A stretch of DNA of 64,000 nucleotides from Hypanus sabinus (lineage: Eukaryota), in the NCBI RefSeq assembly GCF_030144855.1, contig NC_082712.1:136958001-137022000 (forward strand), read 5' to 3'. The position numbers and the translations under genes are program-made. The notes under the pieces were generated by a model. The model worked only from the letters and a program-made list of their open reading frames with translations, had not been told where the DNA came from and did not search any database. Shown piece by piece: positions 36,821-50,799 of the stretch. The number at the start of each line of letters is the position of its first letter. Position 1 is the stretch's first letter.

Positions 36821-37099
36821 CTGTATTAAAAAGCAAATCAAACCTTAAGTTAGATAGGATGAAGTGTATTATCATAAATATCTAAGGCCAAGTCTAAGCT
36901 ATTGCTATGTTAAAATAAACAATATTTACCACTTCCTTCCTTCATTTATTGCTCCAAAACACAGGACTTCCCTTCACTATTACTCTTGAAAGATAATTCG
37001 CTTGCTCAACATTCAATGCAGTTCCATGTGAGAGATTTTAATTAGTTATTCCCTCTGATCCAGAGTCTCCAAATAATAAATTAACAGACAGCGGAGGAG

Positions 37100-38019
37100 T
37101 GCATTGGTAATTCTGCTGAGATTGTATGCATTATGGAGAAAGTAGACAATTGCCAAAGGATATGGCAGGATATAGATCAGTTATAGATATGGGCAGAGAA
37201 ATGGCAGACAGAGTTTAATATAACTAAGTAGTTTGATTTACAATTTGGGAACTCAAATTTGAAGGGATAGTACGCTTTTAATGGCAAAATCTTTAACAAA
37301 TTTGATCTACTGAGGGATTTTGTGACCCAAGGCCATAGTCCCTGAAAACAGCACACATTGACATGGTGGTAGGGAAGTACATGGCACACTTGTCTTTATT
37401 AGTTGAGGCATTGAGGTCAAGAGTTGATAAGTTATTTTGCATCTTTATAAAACACTGCCGATGCCACATCCAGAGCACTGCTTCCAGTCCTGGTTGACCC
37501 CATAATAGGAATAGAGTAGAGGGTTTGAAGAGGGTACAGAAGTGGGATGTTGCCTCAGGAAAAGAGCATGTGCTACAAGGAAAGGACAGACAAATGTGGA
37601 GCAACACACGAAGAGCTTGGTCAGGCAGCATCTTTCAGGCAGTTAATGTTTCGGATTAAAACCACTCAAATGAACTAGGGTTGCTTTCCCTGGAGTGTCA
37701 AGGTGAGGGAAAAATTGATGGAAATTTATATGATTATGAGAGGCAAAGATAGAATAGAGAGCCAGTATCTTATCCAGGGTCAAAATGCCAAAGGTGAGAG
37801 GGGGCAAGTTTAAAGATGATGTGAGCAGCAGGTTTTCTTTTTTAAAACACACATAGAGCAGTGGGCACCTGCAATGCACTGCCAGAGGTGGTAGCAGCGG
37901 CCAATGTAACAGATGCATTTAAAAAGCTCTTAGATAGGCACATGAATGTGTACAGAGTTGAGTGATAAGGACATTGTGCAGGCAGAAGGGATTAGTTAAC
38001 TTACTAGCTAATTACTAGT
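37100..38019 (+). mobile_element. CR1-like LINE 3' end hosting the composite insert (resumes 39544-39612)
   Basis: CR1 motifs (atccagagcactgcttccagtcctggt...; gtggtgtagcagcggccaat...). The tail gggattagtt...ctagt continues after the insert as ttacttagatctgcacagcattatgggctgaatggcttgttcctgtgctgtgctgttctctg. Confidence 0.7.
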
Positions 38020-38898
<879 letters not shown>

Positions 38899-39075
38899 CC
38901 CCCCCCCCCCCACTCATGGATGCAGCACGCAGGAACAGGAGTCTATTCCCGTCACTCAGGTGTCCCCTCTTGTCCGAACAATCCCCCCCTCCCACCACCC
39001 ACCTGTATCTTCAGCTCTAGAGACCCTCTTTGGTCACCTGGAGGCTCCCTTTGATGGGGGGGGGGGGGGGAGTAC

Positions 39076-39543
39076 TGTTATGGTCCGATCCGGAGCCCGC
39101 ATTCTGGGTCTTGATACGGTCCACGGACTCTGGACTCCGGATCTAGTAGCCGTCCCTCCTTTCACCCTTAAGCCCAAGTAGGATCAACTTGGCTTAAGGA
39201 GGTGCACCTGATGCCTATCAGCTGGCAGGTTTATATAACGGGCTCTGGGACTGAGTCTAGTTGGGGGGGGGGGGGTTGACCTGTATCTACTGTTCTGTCT
39301 GGCTATTCTGTTTTGACCCTGGCTTGCAGTACCCACTGTTAACCATCTAGTTCTGTAAGTCCATTCTTGTAGTCACCCTGGAATGAGCTCCATTCCAGAG
39401 TGAGCACTGTCCAGAATTAATGTGGCCTGCCCAGGGGCTATCTTCCCAGCATTCCTTGTCCCATAGACCCATCCTTTAGCCTAGCCAGGGTCTTGCCTCT
39501 GCCATAAACTCCAGGGTCCAGTCTCCACATCCCCCTTGTGACA
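39076..39543 (+). mobile_element. Gypsy-like 3' LTR preceded by a polypurine tract
   Basis: ggaggctccctttgat(G)15agtac|TGTTATGG...GTGACA. TATA-like tttatataa at ~39230. Same family as 21392-22283. Confidence 0.8.
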
Positions 39544-39643
39544 CTAGTTTACTTAGATCTGCACAGCATTATGGGCTGAATGGCTTGTTCCTGTGCTGTG
39601 CTGTTCTCTGTTCACACCAGGTAATGTTTTAGAAGTCTCTTAC

Positions 39644-39985
39644 CCAAAACCACAACTCGTGAGCTCTTTTCCACTTTGTCAGGAGTGACAAGCACAACAC
39701 AGCTGTATTCTCCTGCTTCACTTAATTGGATATTTGGAAGATAAAGTGAAGCATCTCCTTTCTGTAATTCAGTTGTAGATATTTTGGCTCCAGATCGTTT
39801 AGCGGTAACTGTTCCTGCATTAAAGATGTAGATTTCTTTCTTTTGGGATCCATACAACCATTGAACACCTACGTTTGATAGGTCAAGAACGGGCGATCCA
39901 AAATCAGTAACTTTACATTCCAAGGTAATGTCCGTATACAAAAGTACATTCTTTGGACTTCTAAAAATGGTCATATCCAATGTTT
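39644..39985 (-). CDS. NCR3LG1: NCR3LG1 (B7-H6)-like IgV exon
   Basis: 342 bp, tttag|...G|gtaaga, phase 1-1. Reads ITLECKV...VGVQWL...GDASLYLPNIQLSEAGEYSCVVLVTPDK, closely matching the B7-H6 V-domain signature as I recall it ([26 protein letters not shown]). Confidence 0.88.
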
Positions 39986-41199
39986 CTAAACGCAAACAGA
40001 AAAATGAGGCAAGTTTATCTTCAATCACATTGCAAGTAGAAATTAAGCAGATTCAAGTTATAGTGTAAGTTTTGGCATTTTTCTCTAGCAATCCCACAAG
40101 TCAGTAGGTTGTCCAACTCCAGGATTACAGATTGATTTGTGCATTGAAGTGGATGCTGTATTGTTTGAAATCACAAATTTCAGATGAGGTACTAAACCTT
40201 CAGCAACATAATACAAAGATACAAAATTCCTCATCAATATTAAATAAGTCCCTGGGCACTACCTTGAACATGAACTTCAGTCAACATTACTAACATCTCA
40301 AGTTAGTAAAGGTTAATTAATAGGTTGTGTCTCAGATGTTAATAACAGTGTATACTCTTTAAAAGGTACTTCCTTAGTTGTAAAGTGCTCTGGGACATCC
40401 TAAAAGCTAATCTTTCATTTAAATAGAATGGAACTGTATTATTTCCAATATTTGGTTCCAAAACACTGTCACAGAATTGTTAAATGCAAAACACATCCCT
40501 AACTCACTGATGTGCCACACTGTAAATGAGTCATCATATGGAAACGGTTGAGGTGCTTACTCACGGGAAGTTAGGGGACAATTATCTTAAAAAAATTGCA
40601 TAGTGCTGCATTTTCACAGACCACAGGACTGCATTTTGATTTCGTGCAAAGAATAAATTGCATAAATTACAAAAGAATAAATCAATTTAGGATAAAAATG
40701 CATTAGTGGCTGCAGATGGACGCTTTGATCTCAATGTCCAACACTGAGTTCTATGATTTCCCCAATAACAAATGCATAACACTAACGTGGCTGATTTACA
40801 ACTGGAGCACAAAGATCTGCACTGAGCTTTGTTGAACAATTATGGCCTGAGATGGAGACCAGTGTACTAGTTTTTTGTTTCCTAGCTACTTAAAGGTATA
40901 TTCTGTTGGTCAAGGAAGAAGCAACTCAACAGCTTCAGAAATGACTGCATGTTACAGTAGTACAGAAGTCTAAATTACTGGATGAGTAATTAAGAGGTCC
41001 AAACTGATAATTCAGAGACCCAGGCTCAAATCTGACACAGCAACTGTGGAACAGAAATGCTGTTAATAATCTTGAAGCTAGTAAAAACAAGACTTTGTAT
41101 TCCTAACACTAGGCTGAATTCTCCAATATGCTTTTTGGGAGAAAACTGACATCTTTCCCTGGGCTGGTCTATGTGTGATTTCAAAGCCACCCCACGCAG

Positions 41200-41510
41200 T
41201 TGACTTTCAGCAGCCCTCCAGAATTAGGTTTAATACCACTGATATATGTCGCGAATTTCTTGTTTTGCAGTAGCCGTACAGTTCAGTAAGAAATACTATA
41301 AAGTACAATAAGAAATATCTATTAAAAATGGCTGCAGCTCTGTGTCCAGTGTCTGGGGGAGAGATGTTTCTTTGAAGCAAAGCGCGTAGATACTCCAATC
41401 TTGCTCAAGGTCTTCAATTTTATTTTCCAGAGACTGTACATTAGCCAGCGGGATGGTAGGGTGTGGGGACCTCAGGGCCCCGTGTTTCATTTTTACAGGC
41501 TGCTTAGTCC
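41200..41510 (-). mobile_element. Rex1/L2-type LINE fragment (ORF start, internally deleted)
   Basis: ORF 41296-41490 contains PTIPLANVQSLENKIEDL, the endonuclease-start motif of this family. Confidence 0.55.
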
Positions 41511-42320
41511 GACTTCCAAATTTCCTTTAACTCTGCAGTCTGGAGTCTGCTGATTTTGACTAATCAACATTTATTTCAACCATGTCTTAAGTCAATATTG
41601 CTTACTGAAGTACCCGTGGGATTGAATGTGGATTTCAACTGTAGTAGCCCGAAACAGGGATATTTGATCATTCGCTTCAGAGCCGCACTCAAAACCACTT
41701 ACTGATTACCATTAACATAAAGTTTGATCAGATTGGTAAATTTGTTTATTATTATCACATCTATCAAGGTATAGTGGGAAAATCTGCCCTACATACCATT
41801 TATGCAGATCAATACATTGCAAAAGTGCTTTGAAGTAAAATAACAGAATGCAGAATAAAGATTACATTTACTGAGAAAGTGCCATGCAGACAGAATAAGG
41901 AGCTAGGCCAGTACAAGGAAAATTGTGAGTCCTAGAGTCAATCTTACTGTGCTAGGAAACCCGTCGTATAACAGCAAGACAGACCGTGGCATTTTCAGAG
42001 TTAACAGGAAGTCAGATGAGGGCAGGACATTCCCAGTGAATGCTAGGAACCTAAAAGTACACAGTTCCCTGGAAGTGGCAAGACGGAAAAACAGGGTGCC
42101 AAAGGTGGCATTCAGAGCACCACCCTCAGCAGTCAGCACATTGAATACAAGTGTTGGAATCTTGTGCTGTGTTTGGACAAGAATGATGATGAGGATACAC
42201 TTGGAATATTGTGTACAATTTTGGTTATGCTGTTACAGGAATGACACCATTAAGCTGGGAAGAATGCAAAGAAAATGTACAAGAATGTTGCTAGACAAAC
42301 CTCTTTTCACTGGGAGTCTG

Positions 42321-44590
42321 TGTAAATGCAGCTCGTTAGCCCTCACTGACAGCCACTGGACTCCACGGCAACTTTGGTCCCGCCAAACCCATTCGGTTGG
42401 GATGTCTCGCCCACCCTAACTCCGGTTTTTGTGAATGCTGTGTGATTTACTGACACCACCCCTCCACCTCACAGGCCCGGCAATCACTTTTGGCAAGAAA
42501 TAATAGACCGTACACTGCATACAATTACAATGAAGTATAATTAAGAATGTTAACTTACCCTAACAGTTATTAAAGTAAGCAAAGCAAAAAACAGCCCACC
42601 ATTACTAAACAGTCTATTGTGTACGCAAATTGGAGCTCATCTTGCAGTTGTCTAATATAAGCACTGGACTCACCACCTTCAAAATGTTGCTCGAAATCCA
42701 TCTCAAACAAATGGGATCTCCTACAGAAGTATTGGCCCAACCTCCTTGAAGCCATTCATCTGCACGAAGCACCTTGTGCAATAGGAATTGCATCCTCAGC
42801 CATCTTCCTTCCTGTATTCTCTGTTTCCACCAAAAAGACCTCAAACAACACCATTGCCCCTCATAAAAAACCTCTCCACCCATCATTCTCTAGAACCTCC
42901 CAATTCCACCATCCTGATTGGCTGACACCACATTTCTAAATTAAAAAACAACGCCCTTTTCTCAGCTCAAACTCAAACAGGCTGAAAGCAGAACAGACTG
43001 TGCCAGAAAACTGCTAAAATGGAATAGCTACAGCATAGCAGTAAAAATGTTAACCAGGGCGTTACACTCTTCCTCCCCTCCCCACCAAAAATAGTCATGT
43101 CCTCAAGACTTTGAAATTATCAATCTGTCATTAACAACATAGTTTTCAAAGGAATTTCGTGATGTCAGGACCTCCAATCCAGTGTGAATGGTAGTGACAT
43201 ATCTCACTAGGGGGAAAGATGCAACACTCTGATCCCTTGGTCCATCATAAGCCAGCCTATCTGAGGGTGTCCCAACTCTGAGACCTCCGTATCCCATCTT
43301 CAGCTCCTCCAGCTTCAACCACTTCTTGTGACCCTTCCTGTCTTCTACAGGGTGCCTCCCATCTATCCTCATGTCTTCCAGTGGCTCAGATCCCCCACTT
43401 TGTGACTGAATTTAACTTCTGTCAGTTTAGGCTGGTGAAGCTGAACATCCTTCCACTGGTGCTAACCGGCAAAACCTCTCGGAAAGGGGTGTCCTCCATC
43501 AATCCAATAGTGTGGCAAGTATTCCTGGAGTAACCAACAGCAGACTCATCTGTAGAAAATACATCTTGGTATCCCAACCTCTTCACAGTTAATTTTCTTT
43601 TCCATTCCTTGGACGTATCAGCAAATATGGGGGAATCCTGTCACTCTGGCTCCTCCTCCAGGACGTAAGGTGACAGATTTAAAATGGATGCACCACACAG
43701 TTCCTTGTTTCTGTCCATCATCCTGCTTAGGAGAAACTTCCAGCCTCTCAAAAGCAGCTCTGAACACAGGATGAATGGACAAGGTTTTCAAAAGGTTCTC
43801 TCCATTTCTCTCCTAGCATGCCCCCAGGAGCCTTCTTACAATGGCAGTATCTGTTCCCACCAGAATGGAAGCTCCAGCTTTTTCAACTGGATCTGGGCAG
43901 GCCAACACTGGGGTGTCAATCGTCTTAGTTATTCCAACATCTGCTTCCGAAAACTCCAGCTTCAACAACAAGTAACCATCGTATGGGTACTCATCAACAC
44001 TAAGCCCCCGAATCTCAAGGGCACTGAATGATGTCAAAGGTAAATGTGTCAAATCCTGCTTGTAAAAGCATTTATAAATCCAAGTAACTTGAGAACCTGT
44101 GTCAAGTATGGCTCTAGCAAAAACATCTTCAATGTGTATGGATAGCCAACCTTGGTCCCAGTGAACCTTCAGGAATAGTGTTTGGTACTTTATTATTTAT
44201 CTTAATACACTGATAGGAACGTTTCCTCTCTGAAACGCCAGCCCATTCCTTTACTGGGTCCCTCCATTTTAATTCTTTTCTTCGCTGTTTGCTTAACCAT
44301 TGATTTCCTTTCCTAAGATTTTCTTGTGCTTAACACTCCTACTTGTACTGTCCATCTTCTCCACAGTTGTAACAGAAAACACCAGTCACTTTCCTGGTGA
44401 AGGGACACCACCAGCAGCAGCCTTCGCCTTGGTATGTCCTACCAGTGGGTTTGGCTTCTTATCGTCCTGGTCAGGCTTGGTGTCAGCACCAACTGATATC
44501 ATCCGAAATACCTCGGCCCTCAGATCTTTCCTGACATCCTACAAAACCCTACTTGTGTGGTGTACCGTATGGTCTACATTATAATAAGGG
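42321..44590 (-). mobile_element. Gypsy remnant: 3' LTR (42321-43066), PPT, deleted pol, protease region and gag zinc knuckle
   Basis: LTR TGTAAATG...CGTTACA. PPT ggtgggaggggaggaagag on minus at 43067-43085. GLSVDEYPYDGYLLLKLEF in ORF 43813-44052. FCYNCGEDGQ knuckle at ~44345-44378. Confidence 0.7.
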
Positions 44591-44599
44591 ACTACTTTA

Positions 44600-47190
44600 T
44601 GTTCTAGTAACACATCGTTGCATGTGCTGTTAGGCACATATTGATCTGTATGCATGTGTCAAGTTCGGACTCTACCAGTAAAGAACCATGAAACTTAGCT
44701 CCCGTCTCCAGCGTTTTTATTAATAATATAGTTGTGTAAACAGGCCACATACACAACAAATTGGTGAGGAGAATTATGAACCTACATCTTATTGTAATGC
44801 TGTGTTTTAGTTGAAACCAACACTTGGAGAAGAGAGAGAAGGGAGATGTAAAGGAGCGACACACGCAATCTAGACGGAGTGCGTTTGTGGTGCTAGAAAA
44901 ATGGACACATGAGTCAAGTGGAACGTGCAGTAACTGCAAGGAGCTAGCTAAAAAGAAAACAAAGAAAAATGGGACTAAATTAACATAACAAAGATGGTGA
45001 TGATCGAGACCATTACAACATTTGATAGTGGCATTGAAAACTGGGTAACTTAGGCTATGTCCACACTAAACCGGATAAATCTGTAACCAAATCTTTTTCT
45101 CTTTGTTTTTACCCTTCGTCCACACTAAAATGGTGTTTTCGTCCCCAAAACCGGAGCTTTTCAGAAATGCTCTCCAAAGTGTGTGTTTTTGAAAACGCCG
45201 GATTGGCTGGATTAGTGTGGATGGGGTAACTGGAGACTTCTGAAAACGCTGTCAGACGGAAGCGCACTATTTCATTGTTTTCTTGAACGTGACCTAACAA
45301 TTTCAGAACAGACGGCAACAGAAACTGATGCCAGAAGAGTTAGAAATATATTCACCAAATACTTTGACCCATAACTTACTGAATAAATAAGCATACTCAC
45401 TTTGCCCTGTTTTCTGTCCTTGCTCATATGAAGGTGGTTTACCTATTTATGCAAGTACTTCTCTGACAATAGATGTATAACAGCCTAATGTAACATTGTA
45501 TGGAAATACAAGGTAACACTGATGTAGACATATTTTACACATTTAACAAGGTGCTTTATTAATGCAACAGAGTCAGTCAATTTTTCAATGTTCATTGTCA
45601 GCTGGGTCATACTGTCTGCGAGCTCCCTGTCGGTTGCCTCCATACACTCCAGTATTTGTTTTTTTCCGTTTTAAGTTCTCCTATGTGAGAGCCAACACCT
45701 GTCCATCATTTGGCAATTTCCTTTTAAGTTTTTCTAGTCTGTAACTGCATAAACGCGTACTATCACAGCAAAATTCAACACCAGAAATGTTGCTTGTTTT
45801 CTGTAGATGTGCCCTGCACATGCCCAGTAGGAGGAGGTTCGTCCAATTACCCATTTTAATGTGGACGCAGGTATTTTCAAAAATGCTTGGTGTGGACGGC
45901 TATCGTATTTACGCAAAACTGGGGTTTTCCAAATTATCTGGTGTAGTGTGGATGTAGCCTTAGTGTTATGGGAGCAAAAACATACGAGCTACTACGGAGC
46001 TTGTTAACCCCCGAAAAGCCAGCTGACAAAATGTTCAAGCAAATAGTAGACACTCTCCAACAGCATTTAAATACCAAACTACTGATCATTGCTGAAAGAT
46101 TTAAATTTCAGAAATGGAATCAGAGCAAAAATGAAAGCGTTTCTGAATATTGTGCTGAATTGCACAAATTATAAGAATATTGTCAATTTGAAGTGGGTCT
46201 ATCGGACGCATTGAGGGACAGGTTAGTGTGTGGCATGCACTGTGAAACCACACAGAAGAAGCTCCTGAGTGAAGAAGACCTTGTATTAGAGAAAGCGCTG
46301 AACATTGCAGTACCATTGGAAATAACAGCACTGGGTGCTTGAGAAATACAACAAAAATTTCTGTAATATGCTGTGAATAAAATGTCTGAGCAGAAATGAA
46401 GGAAAGAAATGTTACCATTGTGGGAACATGCCACATGGCCCTGAGGACTGTAGGTTTAAAGACAAAGAATGCAGAAACTGTGGCAAACAGGGCCACATTG
46501 GCAGATTATGCAAAGCTAGTAAACAGCAGAAAAAGGACAAAATACAGAGAAACAAGAAACCACAGAAAGGAAAATACAACAATGTACAGAAAATGATAGA
46601 AATCAGTTCTGATTAAAACGACTCAGAAAAAAGTGAATTCTCTTGTCTGCAACTTCGCAACATGAAAGAGACAGATGATTGAAGAGTAATATAGCTCACT
46701 CCACAAGTGGTAGTCGTGAGTCTGAAAATAGAGTTGAACACAGGCTCAGCTTTAACAGTGATCTCGGTACACAACTACAATGACTGTTTTTCACATACCT
46801 CTGAAATGAACTAAACTACTGCTAAAGTCTTAGGACAGGACAAAGAATATGTCCCAAAGATAAAATTAAAGTGACAGTGACCTACAGAGGCAAAACACAG
46901 CAGCTGAACCTCTATGTACTGAAACATAGAAGACCACCATTACTGGGACGTGAATGGATAAGGAAAATCCAGTTGGATTGGCACACCATCAAGGCACTAG
47001 ATGTGTCAGCAAACAAGGGCAGCAAGACTACATCTGAGAGACTGTCACAAATACTTGCTGACTCTGAGGAAGTGTTCATGAAAGGAATAGGTACACTCAG
47101 GGCATGAAGGCAAAGATTGAGACTGAGGAAAATGTCCAACATTTCACAAAGTCAGACTAATGCCATATGCAATCCATCCTACAGTAGATG
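44600..47190 (+). mobile_element. Gypsy 5' portion: LTR (~44600-44934), gag, CCHC knuckles, protease; truncated
   Basis: Reads SVMGAKTYELLRSLLTPEKP...IIAERFKF, CRFKDKECRNCGKQGHI, degenerate LNTGS (DTG), and PPLLGREWIRKIQLDW. Confidence 0.8.
45053..45959. mobile_element. PIF/Harbinger-type non-autonomous element, 3-bp TSD TTA
   Basis: TIRs ggctatgtccacacta / tagtgtggatgtagcc, with tta at 45050-45052 and 45960-45962. Interrupts Gypsy gag. Confidence 0.85.
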
Positions 47191-49796
47191 CTGAGCTGAA
47201 AAATGAGCTTTATGGAGCAGCTTTGAAACCACAGAGAAGAATCTTCCGCTGAAATTAAACAAACAGATACAAAGTTGGATTCTATTCAAAAAAAAAACCT
47301 TAACTGAACATAATAAACCAATAGAACAGAATGAAGCAATGCTTATGATTTTGGATGCAAAAATTGATGACCTGCAAAAGCTTCATGAAAAACAATCAAA
47401 GTCTAATGACATATTAAGACAGAAGATTATCGATTTAGAAAATAGAAGCTGAAGAAATAACCTATGAAATCTGGGCTTGAAGAGTTAATGGAAGGTAATC
47501 AGCCTACAGAATTCTTTGCAAACTTTTTGACACAATTATTTCCTAAAATTTTATCATCTTTACCTATGATTGAACAAGCTCATAGATCACCTGTGCCCAG
47601 ATCAGCTCCAGGAGAAAGACCCAGATCAGTAATAATCTGTTTCAATGAATTTCAAACAAAGGGATTTCTAATTTGTGAATCTTGTTGAAGAGGAATGATT
47701 GATTATAATGGCCAGAAGATTAGAATCATGGAGGATTTTCCACCTGAGTTCATGAATGAGCATATTAAATTCAAAAAGGTTATGTCGGAACTCCTCAACA
47801 AAGGCTTCAAGCCTTCTCTATGTTATCCTGCTCAGCTCAGAATTATACTGAAGGATGGCTGTAAGGAATGGTTCTGTTTGACCGTAGAAGCCTCGGAACT
47901 TTTGGAATCTATAGATTGACTGTTCAGTATCTTTCTACATGAATAATTGCTTCTTTTACTTTTGGTAAATCTTTGTAGCTTACTCTCTTTTTGAACCTTT
48001 TAATGCTTAACGTAGAGAATAAGATTTTAACGAGTTAAAAAATTGTGTGTTCATATGTTTTGAATTTTGATGTTTTTAATTATTTTATATTGTACTCATT
48101 CTTCTTGAGGCTTTTCTTTTATCAATAAGGCTTGGTATAGGTATTTTTCATTTTATCATTTTGAAACTGTAATAATTAATCTATATGTGTTCTTGTTATA
48201 AGTTTGGTCTCCGTCTGTTGTTTTGTCTAGGTTGGAATGTAGCCAACTTTCAAATCAACTTGGAGCTAAACAAGTAGGTTTTTTGGGGAGGATGTTATCG
48301 TTAGGTGTAGTGGTCGACCTTCTGACTTTGGGATGGATTTTTTTAATGGAAGCTGTTTTGGACTCTGGTATCTGTTGCTTGGTTATCTCAAGGTTCTTTG
48401 TTTGGTTTTAAAGTATATATCAATGATTATTACTTTAACATTTCTTGCAAATAGTATTAACAATGGATCAGACTATTAATTTACTTAGTCATAAAGTGAA
48501 AAGGTTAAATTATCCTGTGAAACAGAATAAGATTTTTGCCTATATTAAAAAAACGTAAGGTCCCAATTAGTTTTTTACAAGAAACTCACATACGTAAATG
48601 TGACAGTTTACACCTTTTTCGCCAATGGAGAGAGCTTCATTTTCATTCTTCATTTTCAGGCTAAGTCTAGGGAAACTGTGTTTATAGATAACACAGTTCC
48701 ATTTGTCCACATTAAGTAGAGTCTGATACTAATGGGCATTTTGATATAGTGTCAGGAAAATTAGATAATAAATTAATGGTATTTGCTAATGTGTATGCCC
48801 CGAATATAGATGATCCAGGATTCTGTGAGTGTGTGTTTTTTTTTGTTTTAGCCGGATTTGAGTCTTTACTCAATGGTGATGGGAGGACATTTTAATTGTT
48901 GTTTGGATCCAGTTTGAGATTGGTCATCTTCTAAACCAGCGACACTCAATAAATTAGCTTTGTTTATTCAATCTTTCCTAATGAAATGAGGTATTGTTGA
49001 TGTCTGATATTTCTTATATCCAGTACACAGGAAGTATTCATTTTTCTCTCATGTCCATCATACATATTCCAGGATTGATTTTTTTAATTGATAGCTAAAT
49101 GATTCCATTATTTTGATCCTGTGAATATAAAGAGATTGATGTCTCAGATCATGCTCCTGTGTTTTTGTCTTTAAATCTCCCTGGTCTTCCTCAAATAAAC
49201 AGCTTTTGGCGTTTTAATCAAATTTTTCTATCTGATAAAGATTTTTTAAAGTTTCTGGAGAGACATATTATTCCTTTTTTTTGAAGAGAATACACTGGAA
49301 GAGACTTCTAGTCTTATTATATAGGTTGCCTTCAAGGCCTAAATTAGAGGACAAATTATTTCTCATACTGCGGGTGTTAAGAAGAAAAGCTAATAAAGAG
49401 AGAATTGATTTAGCTAATCAGTTGAAACAATTAGATCAAAAATATATCTTGGCTCCAGATCATGTTTTATATAAAAGGTGTGTTGCAATTAAAACTAAAT
49501 AAGATCTTCTTTTAACACACCCAATTGAAACTCAACTCCTAAATAATAGAAGTCAATTTTATATTCATGGAGACAAAACAGGTAATTATTGGCTAACCAA
49601 TTAAAAACCTTTATAATTAAATGGCAAATTAAAGAAATTTGTAAAGTTAATGGTGATAGGACAACTGACCATATAGAATCTTTAGAGAATTTTATTCTAA
49701 ACTTTATAGTTCTGACTCTCCTAAAGGTTATAATGTAATAAATAAGTTTTTAGACTAATTAAACATTCCTAAACTTTCTGTTGATAACTGAAAACA
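47190..49796 (+). mobile_element. L1-clade LINE: ORF1 C-terminus and ORF2 endonuclease, decayed
   Basis: IEQAHRSPVPRSAPGERPRSVII (ORF1). ORF2 from ATG 48463 retains QETH, NVYAPN, YSRID and SDH endonuclease motifs across stops. Confidence 0.8.
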
Positions 49797-50580
49797 GTTG
49801 GCCCCTTGCTAACCGTCACTGGACTCCATGGCAAGGAAACCATCTTTCTCAGGCTCTGTATGTCTAGGGTGTATGCAACTTTAGTCCTGCCAAACCCATG
49901 AGGTTGAGATGTCTCGCCCACCTAAACCCCAGTTTGTGTGAATACTGTGTGATTTACTGCCCCCTCCCCCATCATCGTTGGTAAGAAATAACAGACCATA
50001 CATTGCATACAATTACAAAGAACGTATAATTAAGAATGTTAACTTAACCTAACAGTTATTAAAAAAAAAACAAAAAGGCCCATCATAACTAAACAGTCCA
50101 AAATGTGCACATAAGTAGGCACTCATTTTGCAGTTGTCTAACTCACACGCTGGACCCGTAGTCTGTGTGAAAGCACACACCACCTTCCAAATGTTGCTCG
50201 AAATCCATCTCGAACAAACGGGCTCTCCCATGGGATTACTGGTCCTTCCTCCTTGAAGCCATTCATCTGTACAAAGCACCGTGTGCAACAAGGATGGCAC
50301 CCTTAGCCACCTTCCCTCCCGTAGTCTCCCAGATCACACCAAAAAGACCTCGACCCACACCCCTGTCCCTCAAAAAAAATCCTCTCTACCCAGCATTCTC
50401 TAGAACCTTCTCCCAATTCCACCACCCTGATTGGCTGACACCACATTCCTAAGCTGAACAACAAAGCCCCTTATTTTAGCTCAAACCCAATAAGGCTGAC
50501 CGCAGAATAGACTGCTCTTATGGAACTGCTAAAATGAAATATCTACAGCTCAGCAATTAAAAACTTCACAGGGTGTTAAA
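49797..50580 (-). mobile_element. Solo LTR, same family as 42321-43066
   Basis: Colinear with 42330-43066 (cactggactccatggcaa...gatgtctcgcccacc...ctgattggctgacacc). Termini degraded. Confidence 0.7.
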
Positions 50581-50799
50581 CCAGTAACTGTGGGTCTGAG
50601 GTTACAGAGGGAGGTTAACCAAGTTAGGACTTTACTTCTTGGAGCCTAAGAGACTGAGGGGAGCCTTATGGAGGTGGACAAAATCATGAGGGCTATGGAT
50701 ATGCTGAATGCACAAAGTCTTTCTCCCAATGAAAGGGAATCAGAGAGAAAGGTGTAGTTTAAGCTGGGAAGGGAAAGATTTAAAAGGGACTTGAGCCAG

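Noticed and set aside
40198-40234. Candidate leader exon MRNFVSLYYVAE-G|gtttag for the IgV exon (also a gtgagt donor near 40565)
   Set aside because: It is too short and weakly hydrophobic with a poor donor. The other candidate has an in-frame TAA in the required phase.
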